A DNA stretch of 64,000 nucleotides, the filler included, from Dirinaria sp. TL-2023a (lineage: Eukaryota): the NCBI GenBank assembly GCA_051941275.1. It is 11 parts of 11 records of this genome, joined end to end, with 100 filler letters (N's around TTAATTAATTAA, not from the genome) between each part and the next. Parts side by side here need not be neighbours in the genome. Positions count along the whole stretch, not along the records: positions 1 to 5,753 come from JAVEBF010001590.1; positions 5,854 to 11,603 come from JAVEBF010001591.1; 9 more parts are not named here. One strand, 5' to 3'. The notes under the pieces are model-generated. The model searched no databases. It saw only the letters and a program-made list of their open reading frames with translations, and was not told the DNA's origin. A program made the position numbers and the translations under genes. This document shows positions 1-11,703 of this stretch, in pieces. Numbering within the stretch: position 1 is the first letter of the stretch; every line of letters starts with the position of its first letter.

Positions 1-329
1 GAGACGGGGGGGGGGAGAAGAGGAGACATTACTTGTATGTAACATACCTTTAGGACTATATATTGGGGGGGGGGCGCATATTTTTGTTTTATGCCTTGGA
101 ATTTATTGCTGCTTTTTGCTATTGCTGCTGCTTGTGGGGCAGGTGTGAAGGGGCAAAGGAAAGCGTGGGAGTAGAGTGGGAGTGTGGTATCAGGATCTTC
201 TTTTGAGATGGGATGGAATGGGATGGGATATCTTAGGGGGAGGCATTCATATGAATTTATCCCGGTGACCTAGATCTGAATTTCTTTTTTATTTTTATTT
301 TTAATTTAAAAAAAAAGAAAGACCCTCCC

Positions 330-3300
330 CTATCTATTCTGCGGCCTCAGAGACGGAATCCCCATCGCGCCGCCACCATCATCATCCTCTCTATCCATCA
401 AGCCAGAGCTGTTCATAGATTTTTTCATACTGTCCTCCTTTCTCTGTCGCGGAGGTAGAGATGGCCCGTCGTTCTCCTTTGGCGGCGCTTTGGCATGATG
501 CAATGATCTCTGTTGCTGCGTGTCTATGAATGAAGGGCCGGTTGCTCGACGAGGTGGTGGGGGAAAGTTTTGGGTTGCTTCGGCCACTTCGGCAAGTTTA
601 CGGTCTGAGGAAGAGGTGGTGGATGAGAGTGGGTTGTGAGTTTGTCGGGGAGCAGGAAGAGGTGGGGTCTTTTGCTGGGTACTCGGAGCAGAGAGGAGAG
701 CTGGTTTGTTGGGCACCGGAGGCGCGGGCTTGCGGTTGATAGTTGTCGAGGCGGTTGAGGAGGCTGTTGATGACCTGCTGAGAGATTTGGTATTGCTTTC
801 CGCTGTTTTGGTGACGGCCTGGCTGGCGCCAACAGGGGGCTGGATATGGGAAGGAGGGGAGTGGACTGGGTTGTACGGCGGAGGAAGCTTGCGCGATGTG
901 CTGATTGAAGAGGGTTTGCGGGTGTTGTTCCTGCTTTGCTCGCCCTTATCGAGGGACGACGATGGTCTGGAGACGGTGACCCAGTCCGGTTCAGGGCTGG
1001 GGGCGAAGGGATTCGAGGGGCGTTGGGTGTTCAGCACAGAGCGGTTGTTAGGTGGCTGGAGGGTCGATCGAGCTGGGAGGCCGTTGTCGAGCCACCATTT
1101 ACTTTGATCCGAGCTCGCGGGTGGTAGCCCTGGGGCTATAGATTCGTATCCAAGTAGGTCCTCGTCGACGCTGTCGTTCCTGGAATTGGCAGTACTATTG
1201 CCGAGCTCGGATCTCCTTTTGGCATAGATTTCGTGGCTTAAACTCTTCCTCACCGCTTCGTCCACTCGACTTATTGTGCAGTGAAATGTTGCATATACAG
1301 GTCGATGGTCTGAGAAGCGAAGGGGCGCGGTCGTATAGTTGATCTGACGGAGGTTGGATCCTTTTCGCAGTACGCGGTCGCACCACGCTGGGATCCGTGC
1401 TTTCTCTGATGTGTCATATTCATCAGTCCCGTTGTTAAACTTGTATGTTGGCATGAACGTGATACGTGCTTCCGAGTAGTGAGGAAAGGTCCGGCCGGCG
1501 ATCATTTGCAGATTCAGTTGGTCGTTCGCGTACAAACTCTCGAGGTCTCCAGCTTGAATAAATCGACGCACTTTGTCGTCATTGAGACCAATGCGATAAT
1601 TGAAATCTCCCAGCCAGATGATTGTGTCATGGTCCTCGATCGACCGATTGCGCTGGAAACGAAGACCATGACTAATCGTACGATAGTCACGGTTTCTTTC
1701 CTCGTAATTAGCGAAGCCAGCTGCGAGATGTGCAGTGACGAAACATATACGAGTGTTTGCATAGTCCATGCGGATTGCTACAGCTCCCTTATTGCCTGCG
1801 ATCCCAGACATTCCCGTCTTCTTCACGCTTCCCTCAACGTTCTTAATGCTGGCCAGCGTGCTTGTTCGGACGAAAATGATCAATGCAGCGCCCACAAGCT
1901 GACCACTACGCAGCATTATGTACTCTTCGGACGCGTGCCGTTTTGCATTTTCGTTCAAGGTTTTCCCGACAGCGTCTTCCCAAGCCTGGCGTCGAATGGG
2001 ATCCGTAGACATAATTTGCTGTGGGCTCAGTTCGACGATTTCTTGAAAACCCACGGCAACGATGTCAGGATCCTTTTGCATACGGTTGATCTGTGGGCAA
2101 AGCCAGGCCGAGAGGTCTTCCTTGACGCCATGCCCTCGCCCGTTCAAGTTGAAGGTACCGACCCAGATTTGAATCTCTTCCGTCGTGGTGTATTCTTCAA
2201 CTTTTCTCCTCAATTCAGAATTGACATAATCATTTATAGGATCAAATAGATGAACAGGAGCTTGGTCCATGAGCCGGCCCAGGAGCAAATCTATAGTATT
2301 TTGCCGCCCTTTGTCTGCGAAATTGTTGATATACATACGTGTGGCGCTTTTGCGAGCATCTGCTATTGCCCCCGCAAATGACATCTTCCCATGCCTGGTG
2401 AAAGACGACTTGAGTGCACCCGTGCCAGCGTATATCTTCGAAAGCGCGTCCCCATTGTCAGCCCAGATGTCCGAATGCCTCGTCCAGAAGTCCGGGGGCG
2501 CTCGCTCGTTCCTGTGAGCCAGAAAAGCTTCGATTGCCATCTGATTGATAATGGTTTGGATCAGGTTGGTCCGATCCAAGCAATCTAAACAATTTGTTCG
2601 AAAAACCCCTTCCTGTTGTAGGATCACGATCGGACCTGTGTGCAAGTCATGATCCTTCTTGGAATCCGAGTATTCTGGATCCTGGACCTGGTCGCAAAGG
2701 AAGTACGCGAAATTCTCCGCACGATCATGTACCAAGCGTTTGATCATGCTCGCAGCCTGATATCCGCCAGGTCCTCTAGTTTCCGCATGAAAATCGAATT
2801 CGGAAGCCTGTAAAATCTGAGTATTCGAAACTCCACCTAAATCAACCACCTGACTCAAAGGGCTGTGATGGACATGGTGTCTGTATCTTGCTGTAAGCTC
2901 TGCTTCTCCTGCCTTGGAGTCATTCAATAAGTTAATTATGTGGACAGCGCCATACGCCAGCTCTAGGCGTTCAAAATGCTTGTCAAAAGCCGGCTGGGTC
3001 GCTTCCGGTGACCTAGTGATCTGAATCTTCTGCTGACCTGGAAGTAATCCTGTAGCTTGTTCCCAAAAGATAGGCACAGAACCGCGAATCTGTGCGTACG
3101 AGAAACATAGGCCCGAAGGATGCCAGAGAACAGATTCAGTTTCAACAAAATTAGCCACGAAGCCGTCATCGTCGATGCCTCGAGAATTGAATCGTGTTCC
3201 AGCACGGCGGCAAGAAAGCCGTGATATCAAAATCAAACTCGACGGATCATTGGTTTTGATTGTCTTTAGGGGCGATGCTGCAGCAGGAACAGTGACGGTC

Positions 3301-4136
3301 TTAACAAAGCCCCTAATGGCTGAAGTAAGGATGTGAGATGCATCCAGTGCTTCCTTATCTTCAGAAGTCAGGCGTGAGCGGAATTGAATTAAAGGGTCAA
3401 TCATATACGAGTTCCAAAGAAATTCTTGGTCAAGATTGTCGACCTCAAATGTTGAACCTTCCGACAGCCTGTCCACTCCTTAGCAAAGCTTTTTTGAACA
3501 AGAATAGTAACACAGACCTGTCTTGAAGACGGTTCGTAAGGTCAAAATCGACGCTGTAGTAGAACGTCCCACTACTTAGTATCCTTTGCAGCTCTAAGCA
3601 TGGGTGCGCCAGTTGCATTTCTTCAGCATCGTTACCATGACTGTAGTCATGGCTAGCGTGGGCTGCATTATCTGAAGCATACGGATTGAGTGCTTCTCGA
3701 AGCATGCGATCATAGTCATTACGATTGAGACAATCTGTTGTTCGGTCAGTACCACATCCGTATGTGAATGGTCAAGGTGAGCCTACGGACAGAAGTCGGC
3801 AGAGAGGATACGTTGGACTGTCTCCGCTGGCCTCACTGTGGCTACACGGGTTGATGCACTGATCACACAAAGGAAGACATCTGTGCCTATGTTGATAAGG
3901 CCCAGAGTGCCGTAGATAGACGAGGCTTGAACCTCACGATAGCCGGTGAAGTCGGCGGCACCAATCGTAGAGAACTCTACCATACATTTCGAAGCGAACT
4001 GCTTGACATTGGATCCGCTTTCTTGAGCTTCCGTGGCTGAAGAGAAGGCGGTATGCCGGAATATCAGAGCATGCGAATCACCCATGAGAGCAATGGCACG
4101 CTGGGCAGTTTTGCGTAGTAATAGCTTGAGAGGCAT
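330..4136 (-). CDS. INP53: Synaptojanin-like polyphosphoinositide phosphatase (Sac1 domain + IPPc 5-phosphatase + Pro-rich tail); exons 4136-3791, 3734-3518, 3468-330
   Basis: Sac1 motifs RAGTRFNSRG and RTNCLDCLDRTN (CX5R); 5-phosphatase motifs GFQEIV, GNKGAV, WLGDFNYR, PAWCDRVL, SDHRPV. Two GT-AG introns join the ORFs in frame (DF-YCLN; QDR-LSE). Symbol is by homology to yeast INP52/INP53. Confidence 0.95.
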
Positions 4137-5052
4137 CGTACGTATACCTTAGTCAAATCTCAATGCATGATCGCAAGAGTAGCTTAGAATGATCCTGCTT
4201 TTGCACATGCAACTGACATGTTCTATTGCCCAAGTATCAGTCCAACGTGAAAGCTGGTCCATATAGACCTGTATTCTTTGTGGAATAAGAATGTTCGTAG
4301 TAGAACGCGACGTGATATTCGATCTGTGAGGCTTGAGGTAGTATAAGGAAGAATTTGTCATCCCTAGATTCCTTGCGACATACCAACAATCTGATACTTA
4401 TGAATGTGGAGCTGAGGAAAGAGGAGATTTGCTGCCATCAAATATTCAAGGCACCAGGGTTCATTCAGGGTTGTTAACTTGATACTTGACATACCTTAGC
4501 ATGTGTACATACATCGCTCACTATACTGACATTCTATCAGGAACTATGGACATATACACAGTTCAGTTATCTACGTGCTCGGAGGATCCAAAGTATCCAT
4601 GCATGGCTATCGGCATGAAACTAGCTAGGACCGCATGAGAATGTCCTAGCGACTTGAAACCCGAACGCTAGGATTGATATTGAGGATTAAGCACAGCAGT
4701 CTTGCATTCTAGCCCATGGAGACCGTTACAAGCTATACGCGCCTAGATGACTTTGATGGTTCTATCATCAAATAAGCAATCTTGCTAATGATACCTTGAC
4801 AATTATGTCAGCGTACGTGTCTACTTCACTCATGCTCTGGAGTCAGACCTACCCGAACGGAGATTGAGACACGGGAGAGGCTCACTAAGTCTTTGCTTTG
4901 AGTGGTCCAAGATTGGTAGACATTTGGGATCGAATACTCAGACTAGTTGCTGCGGCGTCCCCTATCAATATGCACATTATGTTATATGTATGGCTTGCAG
5001 CTCTGAGGAAGGGCAGCACCGAAGTGGCAAGAGCTCATGGCTATTTTCAACG

Positions 5053-5679
5053 TCAGTCAAAGTTTGCAATCGTATTGGTTGACCAATTATCTACCAAAGC
5101 TGGGTTTTCTGGCCTTATGGAGCTGATGCGACCCTTCAGAACAACCTGCAAGTCCATGTTGATGGCATTGTAGGCTTGCTCTACTCGAGCTAGACTAGCG
5201 AAGATGCGTTGTTCGATGTTAGAACGCTTCTTCATTTTCATTGCAAGGTTTTGGGCGCGCAGTCGATACTTCTTCGTACTTGGTTCAGAATTATTACATG
5301 ATTCGGAGTCGACTCCAGCGCTTGTGGCTGGACTCACATTCCCTTGGATATCTCTGTGACGCGAGCATTCATGGAATCTTCCAGTTTCTGCATAGTGGCA
5401 TGGTAGTCCTTTTCGATCTGTTGCCGACGTGCTGTTCGACGTGTTTGAATCTGGAAACCGTCAATCCGTGGGCAGAGACTGGGTGGGCCTGTATACATTT
5501 CTCTGCATATCACGTGCCAATTGGATAACTTCGTCGTCTTGGTATGCCGGCACGCTCGTTGGAGTATCGGCGACTATGTCTTCACTTTTGTCACGATCGT
5601 GACAACCTTCATCCAAAGCTCTGGCAATAGCAACCTGGGGCTGGCTTCGTGCATCCGGTCCGTTCCTGTTTGGTGCCAT
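5053..5679 (-). CDS. Hypothetical coiled-coil protein, about 173 aa; exons 5679-5497, 5450-5338, 5278-5053
   Basis: Introns GTATAC..CAG and GTGAGT..AAG join three segments in frame into a helical, charged protein (IQTRRTARRQQIEKDY...RAQNLAMKMKKRSNIEQRI). Confidence 0.6.
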
Positions 5680-5753
5680 TGTGGCTATCCGACGGGCGTT
5701 TGTTTCTACGGCCCGTTTGAACCGTGATCACATAACATTGTGCAGTTCTAAAA

Positions 5754-5853
5754 NNNNNNNNNNNNNNNNNNNNNNNNNNNNNNNNNNNNNNNNNNNNTTA
5801 ATTAATTAANNNNNNNNNNNNNNNNNNNNNNNNNNNNNNNNNNNNNNNNNNNN
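5754..5853. other. Artificial contig linker N44-TTAATTAATTAA-N44
   Basis: Identical 100-nt spacer with stops in all six frames; recurs 10 times. Confidence 0.99.
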
Positions 5854-6455
5854 GAAAGAACATCAGACCATAGCAAGAATGATACAGAAAGACCGATCTC
5901 AGAGCGGTTTTTCCTGCGGGGAACAGTGAATGATGATGGAGGAGTCCGAGGGATATATAAATGGATGGTTTTACTAGATAGATGACTCTATGTATGCTGA
6001 CATTACAAAGTATTTTTGGTTTGGGTGTGGTGGATTGTGGATTGTGGATAGGTTCACAGGCGTGTGGGGTGGAAGAGGGGAGGAGTTCGTTGGATTCTTC
6101 AGTTCGGGGGCTTGAATTCTTTGCAAAAAGGATTTCTTATAAGTGTTAATTGTCATTCCAGCTACACGTTAATAGTAGAATGCGTGCTAGCGACATCATG
6201 CGAGTGAGAATCTAGACTCCAGAGCTTGCAACAACGAAAAGCCCATATGCTTCGCAGCACATGCCACATACAAAGGGGAAACTCATCTCACATTACTGTT
6301 AGCGCAGCGTGATGCAAGGATTCAAGTAGATCTTCAATGTTTTTTTGTATCTGTTGAGCAAATACGGAGGTCTACGCATGATATCAGTACATGGGCTTTG
6401 AATTGGCCATCAACAAACTCGTGGGTAAGCCCAGTACGCTGTCTGACTCTCGACC

Positions 6456-7729
6456 CTACAGAATATCCATCAACTCGTAGGCCGGATCATTGACATTCGT
6501 CGCCCAGTACTCGGCAGTGGTCTGAATATACAGAACGCCATTCTCAATGACGCATTCGTTGTAACCGTTGCTTTTGTTAAGCCGGTCGACGATGCGAAGG
6601 GCAACCTGGTTCTTCTCGACCGCGTCCTTGAATCCCTCTTGTACCATTTCGTCGTCACCGAACCCTTTGTTCTCCATTATTTCCACAAACCCGCTGAAGT
6701 ATTCCAAAGTGAACCTTCCGAGGGACTTCTGCCATTCGCGCGGGTAGGTGTTGGACTGCTTGCCGCTCTTTGTGTACGCTGCAATGGCGGCGTAGTTGTG
6801 CTCGAAATTTGGCTCGATGTCGATGGTCGACAGGGCAAGTATCTTCTGCCACTTGGCTTTGACAGCGTCGATCTTCGGTTCGTAGTCGTTCTTGATCGAA
6901 CTTCTGGCGTTGAAGTCCAGGGAAGTATCGTCGCTTGATGTACCGGCCTGGTTGATGGCTTCGGAGAGATAGTCAAGGCTGTCATTGACGTTGGTGCCAA
7001 GCGCGCCCTTGACAAAAAGAATCCGCAGGACACCACCCACGATCTCGCAGCCAGTGTAGGTGATGCCAGACTTGGTCGTCACGTCCATCGTAATGGTGTG
7101 GGAGGAAGCGAGGGTATTGAGTTCGGATTTGCCCTCGTCCCCATAATTATTGACATACTTCTCCAGGCTATTGAGAGCTCCTTCGATATAGCTATTGACG
7201 TTAAAAATCGATTAGTCAAGACCTTGCATAGATGATCCAAGCCTGTAAGCCTTTGGAACAATGATCCAACGTACGATTTGATCATGTCGCCAGGATTGTC
7301 TTTCGAATATCCGCTCTCGGCAAATGTATAGAGATAGGCAGGATCGATGTCCGTCTTCCATGTTTCTCCAAGAAGATCTGAGATCTTTTTCTCGAGATTG
7401 GGCTGTGCAGACTCCCAATTATCGCGAACTACAAGAAAGAAAATGCTCAGTGTCTGAAATTTTTAATCAAACGATGCCAGATGTTGATATCTACCATTCT
7501 TTCGGATCGCAAGCGGTAACTTTGCCTTTGGTGCTCCTGCCGTGCTGGGTGCTACAGAAGTAGCTGGAGTATTGATCGGTGTGGAGCCACTAGATTGAGG
7601 CTCTGGGCCGCTCGAATCAGTGGGTGTCGGCGCACTCTTCTTATCACCAAGCCCAAGGGAGGCTGTCGCTTTGTTCAAGTCACCTTGAACTTCGGCAAGA
7701 GATGCTTTAGCTTTCTTAAGGAAGTCCAT
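6456..7729 (-). CDS. Uncharacterised fungal protein with an internally repeated domain (gene A of a divergent pair); exons 7729-7495, 7428-7275, 7191-6456
   Basis: Introns GTAGAT..TAG and GTACGT..TAG give one frame: KLPLAIRKN-VRDNWES...MIKS-YIEGAL...; a second repeat starts SLDFNARSSIKNDYE. Confidence 0.85.
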
Positions 7730-8702
7730 ATTTGCGGTGGACTTCGTTCAACGGGTGGATCCAAGAGATTCAAGTTAAATGTAGTGATATATAATACGAC
7801 TTGTCTTTAGTTCGATGGATGGGAGTGACAGAGTCGCTACTGGAGAGATAGTTGTCCATCTTATATCTCCCATACAGCACACAGGAACTACCGGTATCGC
7901 AGATCCCAACAAGCTTTGCCATGAGGACCTTCAGTGCACCTACTGCCTGGCTAATCACACCGCCTCTTGTGGGTCAGAAGCATGAGAGTAGCGTGTTGAT
8001 AGCGCATGAGCCGTGGACCAACATCCATGAAAACAATCAGAAGTACTGAGGAGGTGAGGGAAGACGGAAAATAGCTCCTGCAGGTCCAGATGATGGTCTT
8101 TGGGATCAAGCCAATCAAACATTGTGTGGCGCTTTTTAGCCCGCTTGAAGTGAGTTCAAGCTTCCTAAGCTTTCAGGATCACCATCCCGCGCACTCCCGT
8201 CAACGTGTTCGGCACATCTGGATCTTGTCAATTTCGCTAATTGTTCGACAGATTCGCGTATTTATGCTGAGTACGAATTAGAAGAAAAAACAAGAAGCGG
8301 AAATGAGCATTGCGGCGCTGCATCTGATTTAGATTGCAAGGCTGATCGGCATTAGCAATGTCTCTTTGGTACAAGGAAGGAGCCAAGTCAATTGAGCTAC
8401 CCGGTAGCATGTGCTGCGGCCTGGCACCTAGAGCGAAAGCAGAGCTAAAATTGAGCCACTACTCCAATTCATGAATTACACGTCGCTTCTCCATGTCTGC
8501 CTGCTTGGATGCAGAATGCGCCCATACTCAAGTCTAGACATTTCCTCGGTCTGTACGAGCCAATCCTATAAGAAAGACCGAGGAAATTCGCAATTTGTGC
8601 AGAAGTAAGCATTTGTCGGATCCCAAGACTTCGATAGCTTGGCAACTACATAGCACCAACGCAGAGGTAGTTTTCGAAAGACCTAAACTTTCATCAGCCG
8701 CA

Positions 8703-9881
8703 ATGTCCAAATTGTCAGTATCCAGCAATCCGCCCGGGACACTAGACTGACCTCAAGGCAGACCCATGAATGCGCGTATGGGGCTACGAGATCTGTGGGA
8801 AAACCCAAGCGCTCCTGCGCAGCAGTCGCTCAAAACTCTGAGAGACCTGTTGGGCTATCACGTCGACGTGCAAATCGATGCCCCTAAACTTTGGTCCGAT
8901 TTACATAGGTACTATCCTGACCCAGAGACGTTCGCACCCAACATTGTTGCCATTGTACAAGCTTGGGCAGAATGCCTAACGGGCCGTCTGCAAGATGAAG
9001 CGAACGCAGGCTGGACAGAGAAACTGCTTGATGTTATATCCGTCGGAAGCGGCATCGTAAGAGCGCGTGTGGAAGTAAGTCTGCTGACCTGAATGAGTGT
9101 TCTGAGCGAATGTAGCTAAAGATATTATTTTCGAAAAGCCTGGCAGTGTCTCTTACGTCAAAACGGCTTGGTCACAAGAGGGGTCTGAGTTCATCATCTC
9201 CATTCCCGAGTCCTCGCCTCCTTATAGCAATGACCCTCACACGAGTATCGCGCTCGGTCTAGAGAATCTGTTTGAAGAAGGGCCAAGTGCATTGGACTCA
9301 ACTCCGAAAGCCGAGGATAATGATTGGGCCACCGTAAACATGCCGTCAAGGGACAGAATAGCAGCGAGCGTGACTCTAGCAGCACTGCCATCAGTCACGT
9401 CGCTTGCAAGGCCAGAGTCGTTGTTCGCGACCCGAGCTCCGTACCATATGATCCTGCAGGTGCTGCACAATAGTATCAGGGTCCAAGGGAGCCATCAACC
9501 GAGTCTCCAGTTGCTGAAGGAGTATTTTTCGAAATACGCGCGTGTCGATCGGAACAATTCATATAAGGTGTGTGTTTTCCCTCAATAGATTCTGTATTGA
9601 GGATGCCGCCAGTAGAGTGATCGTTTTCTCGCTCCGAGCTGATTCATGCCAATCATGAGCAGAGTCCGATTCTCAAAGTCGAGCTTCAGCAGTCATTTTT
9701 TGGGTACGGCAATCTTTTCGATTCTCTAATCATCGGCCCAAGTAACCCTCGAGCATCGTGGGAGACGGTGAATCCTGTCTTCTTGTTATCCTTCATCGAG
9801 AGCGTGTTGGGTTATCGAACAGTTTCAGATATGAGTGGAAGCGGGACATGGCAGTTTAGGAGGGACCTGCCATTCAAGTAG
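8703..9881 (+). CDS. Uncharacterised fungal protein (gene B of the divergent pair); exons 8703-8713, 8762-9074, 9139-9567, 9663-9881
   Basis: An 11-nt first exon plus intron GTCAGT..ACTGAC..CAG gives MSKLPMNARMGLRDLWE. Two more GT-AG introns keep the frame to ...WQFRRDLPFK*. Confidence 0.8.
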
Positions 9882-11306
9882 ATCGCAGCGTGGGCTTAGA
9901 AAGTATTAGAGTATTGCTGCTGATAGTGAAGCAAAGCTGATACTCGTTCTGGGATGGGCCCATTCAATACAAATTGATGAAGGAAGATTTGAATAATAAG
10001 CCCCCGCTGAGCTTGGTCTGATGTTGGTTTAATCTGGCTCGGAGTCCCCTCATCCGTCGAACTGAAATTCACGGGTCAGTGGATTAAGCCATATCTCGTG
10101 GCAGCGCCCACTGATCCCGTCTCCGTATTCAGCATGGAGGATTGACCGGTTGCCAATTTGCCATAAGAGCCTCTTCACTAGCTTCTCCGTACTACTGTGC
10201 ATATTGTGGTAGTCTTGAATTTGTAGAACACTTGCGAGCAGATGGCTACCATGATACCGCACATCACGATAAGCCCGAGGTATGGCGGTTGACACATTTA
10301 GGTCTCGCTCAGGGCTTAAGTATCACGTGAGTAGCTTTCTAGCGCTGCCGAAGTTGCCGATATCCGTCTGCTGCTATTCTTAGGTGTTGAGATGTTCTAG
10401 ATGCGTACGGAGAAGAAGGATTTTCTCGAAGTACATTATTATTTCCAGAGAAGTACGGAATACGCCGTGGGTACCTAAAGCAGCAGTACCCACTGCACCT
10501 CCAAATTTTCACTCGTCGAAAAGAAGAGGTAGCATTTGATTAGTTCGACGTACCTCGAATGTTACTCTTCCACAGCAGTAGGTAACATAGAGACGAGGTA
10601 ACGCTTGTGATAGCAGCTAAAAGTATGATGGTCACTGTACAGTACACTGTTGCAGTGGCTGTGGAAACTGGAAAGTTGTGGTACCGAGGTAGCGCATTGA
10701 CTAAAGTATAGTTAGTATGGACTGCCGCTCTTCCTGCATCTCCCCGGGATCCCTTGCTCAGGGGTACAGTATCAGTCGGGTCCTCGTACCTGGTACTTAT
10801 CGGAACAAGAAGCGTAATGCGACTTTTTTTTGTGCCTGAACAACCGACATATACGAAGGCAAGCTTGGGGACATCCCACAAAAAAATTTTTGAATACGAA
10901 CACGGCGCTATGTGAATGTAGTGGCCAGACACCCCAAGCCCCGCTGGTGGCGATAAGCGTGGGGTTAGATGGCGGAATACGACGTCGCTCTGTCACAGTG
11001 GGTAATTTCTGAGTGTCGGATTGAGCAGTATTACGCCAAGTTGAAGGAGGAAGAGGAGTAGCCGCTTGAAAATAGAAACATGCGGTATAGAAGAGCGGCG
11101 AACTTTGGGGGAGGTATATAAGATGCCCGAGTTGCTCTGCTTGGTAGACCAGACCTCAGGCCTATCTTCATCGTCATCAGCATCAATAATACCTCTTCCT
11201 AGCTTTCCAAATCCAAGCGCAATTTACACTATCTTTCCGACTTTTCGCAAGTATTGCACAGTCCATACCCAAGCCACATCGTCAGCACCAAGCCTACACA
11301 AAAACA

Positions 11307-11603
11307 ATGTATACCAATCTCTTCACCACCGCTTCTATCCTCCTTCCCCTCGCCCTAGCCTCTCCTCTCGATCTCAATCCTCGTGCATCTGGCCCTACTG
11401 CTCCCTTTGGCATCTTCGCCATCCACTCCGGGATCGTATCCCTCCAATACCAATCCATCAATGCCGCCAATCAAGGCTTCTACATCGATAAGCCGACCAA
11501 GAGTTCTTGTCCCGAAGAGGTGGTCAAGCAATGCCCCCCCGGCAATGTGACGGCTTTGATAGTCGATAACAGCAGTGGAGGCGCGGGCATGGTAAGTTAC
11601 GGC
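11307..11603 (+). CDS. Secreted PhiA-like / IgE-binding-type cell-wall protein, 5' part only (cut by contig end)
   Basis: Signal peptide MYTNLFTTASILLPLALA, then PFGIFAIHSG, INAANQGFYI and CP....CPPGN; GTAAGT donor at about 11592. Confidence 0.7.
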
Positions 11604-11703
11604 NNNNNNNNNNNNNNNNNNNNNNNNNNNNNNNNNNNNNNNNNNNNTTAATTAATTAANNNNNNNNNNNNNNNNNNNNNNNNNNNNNNNNNNNNNNNNN
11701 NNN
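11604..11703. other. Artificial contig linker
   Basis: N44-TTAATTAATTAA-N44. Confidence 0.99.

Noticed and set aside
1479..2249. 256-aa plus-strand ORF
   Set aside because: Antisense shadow of the synaptojanin CDS with no motifs.
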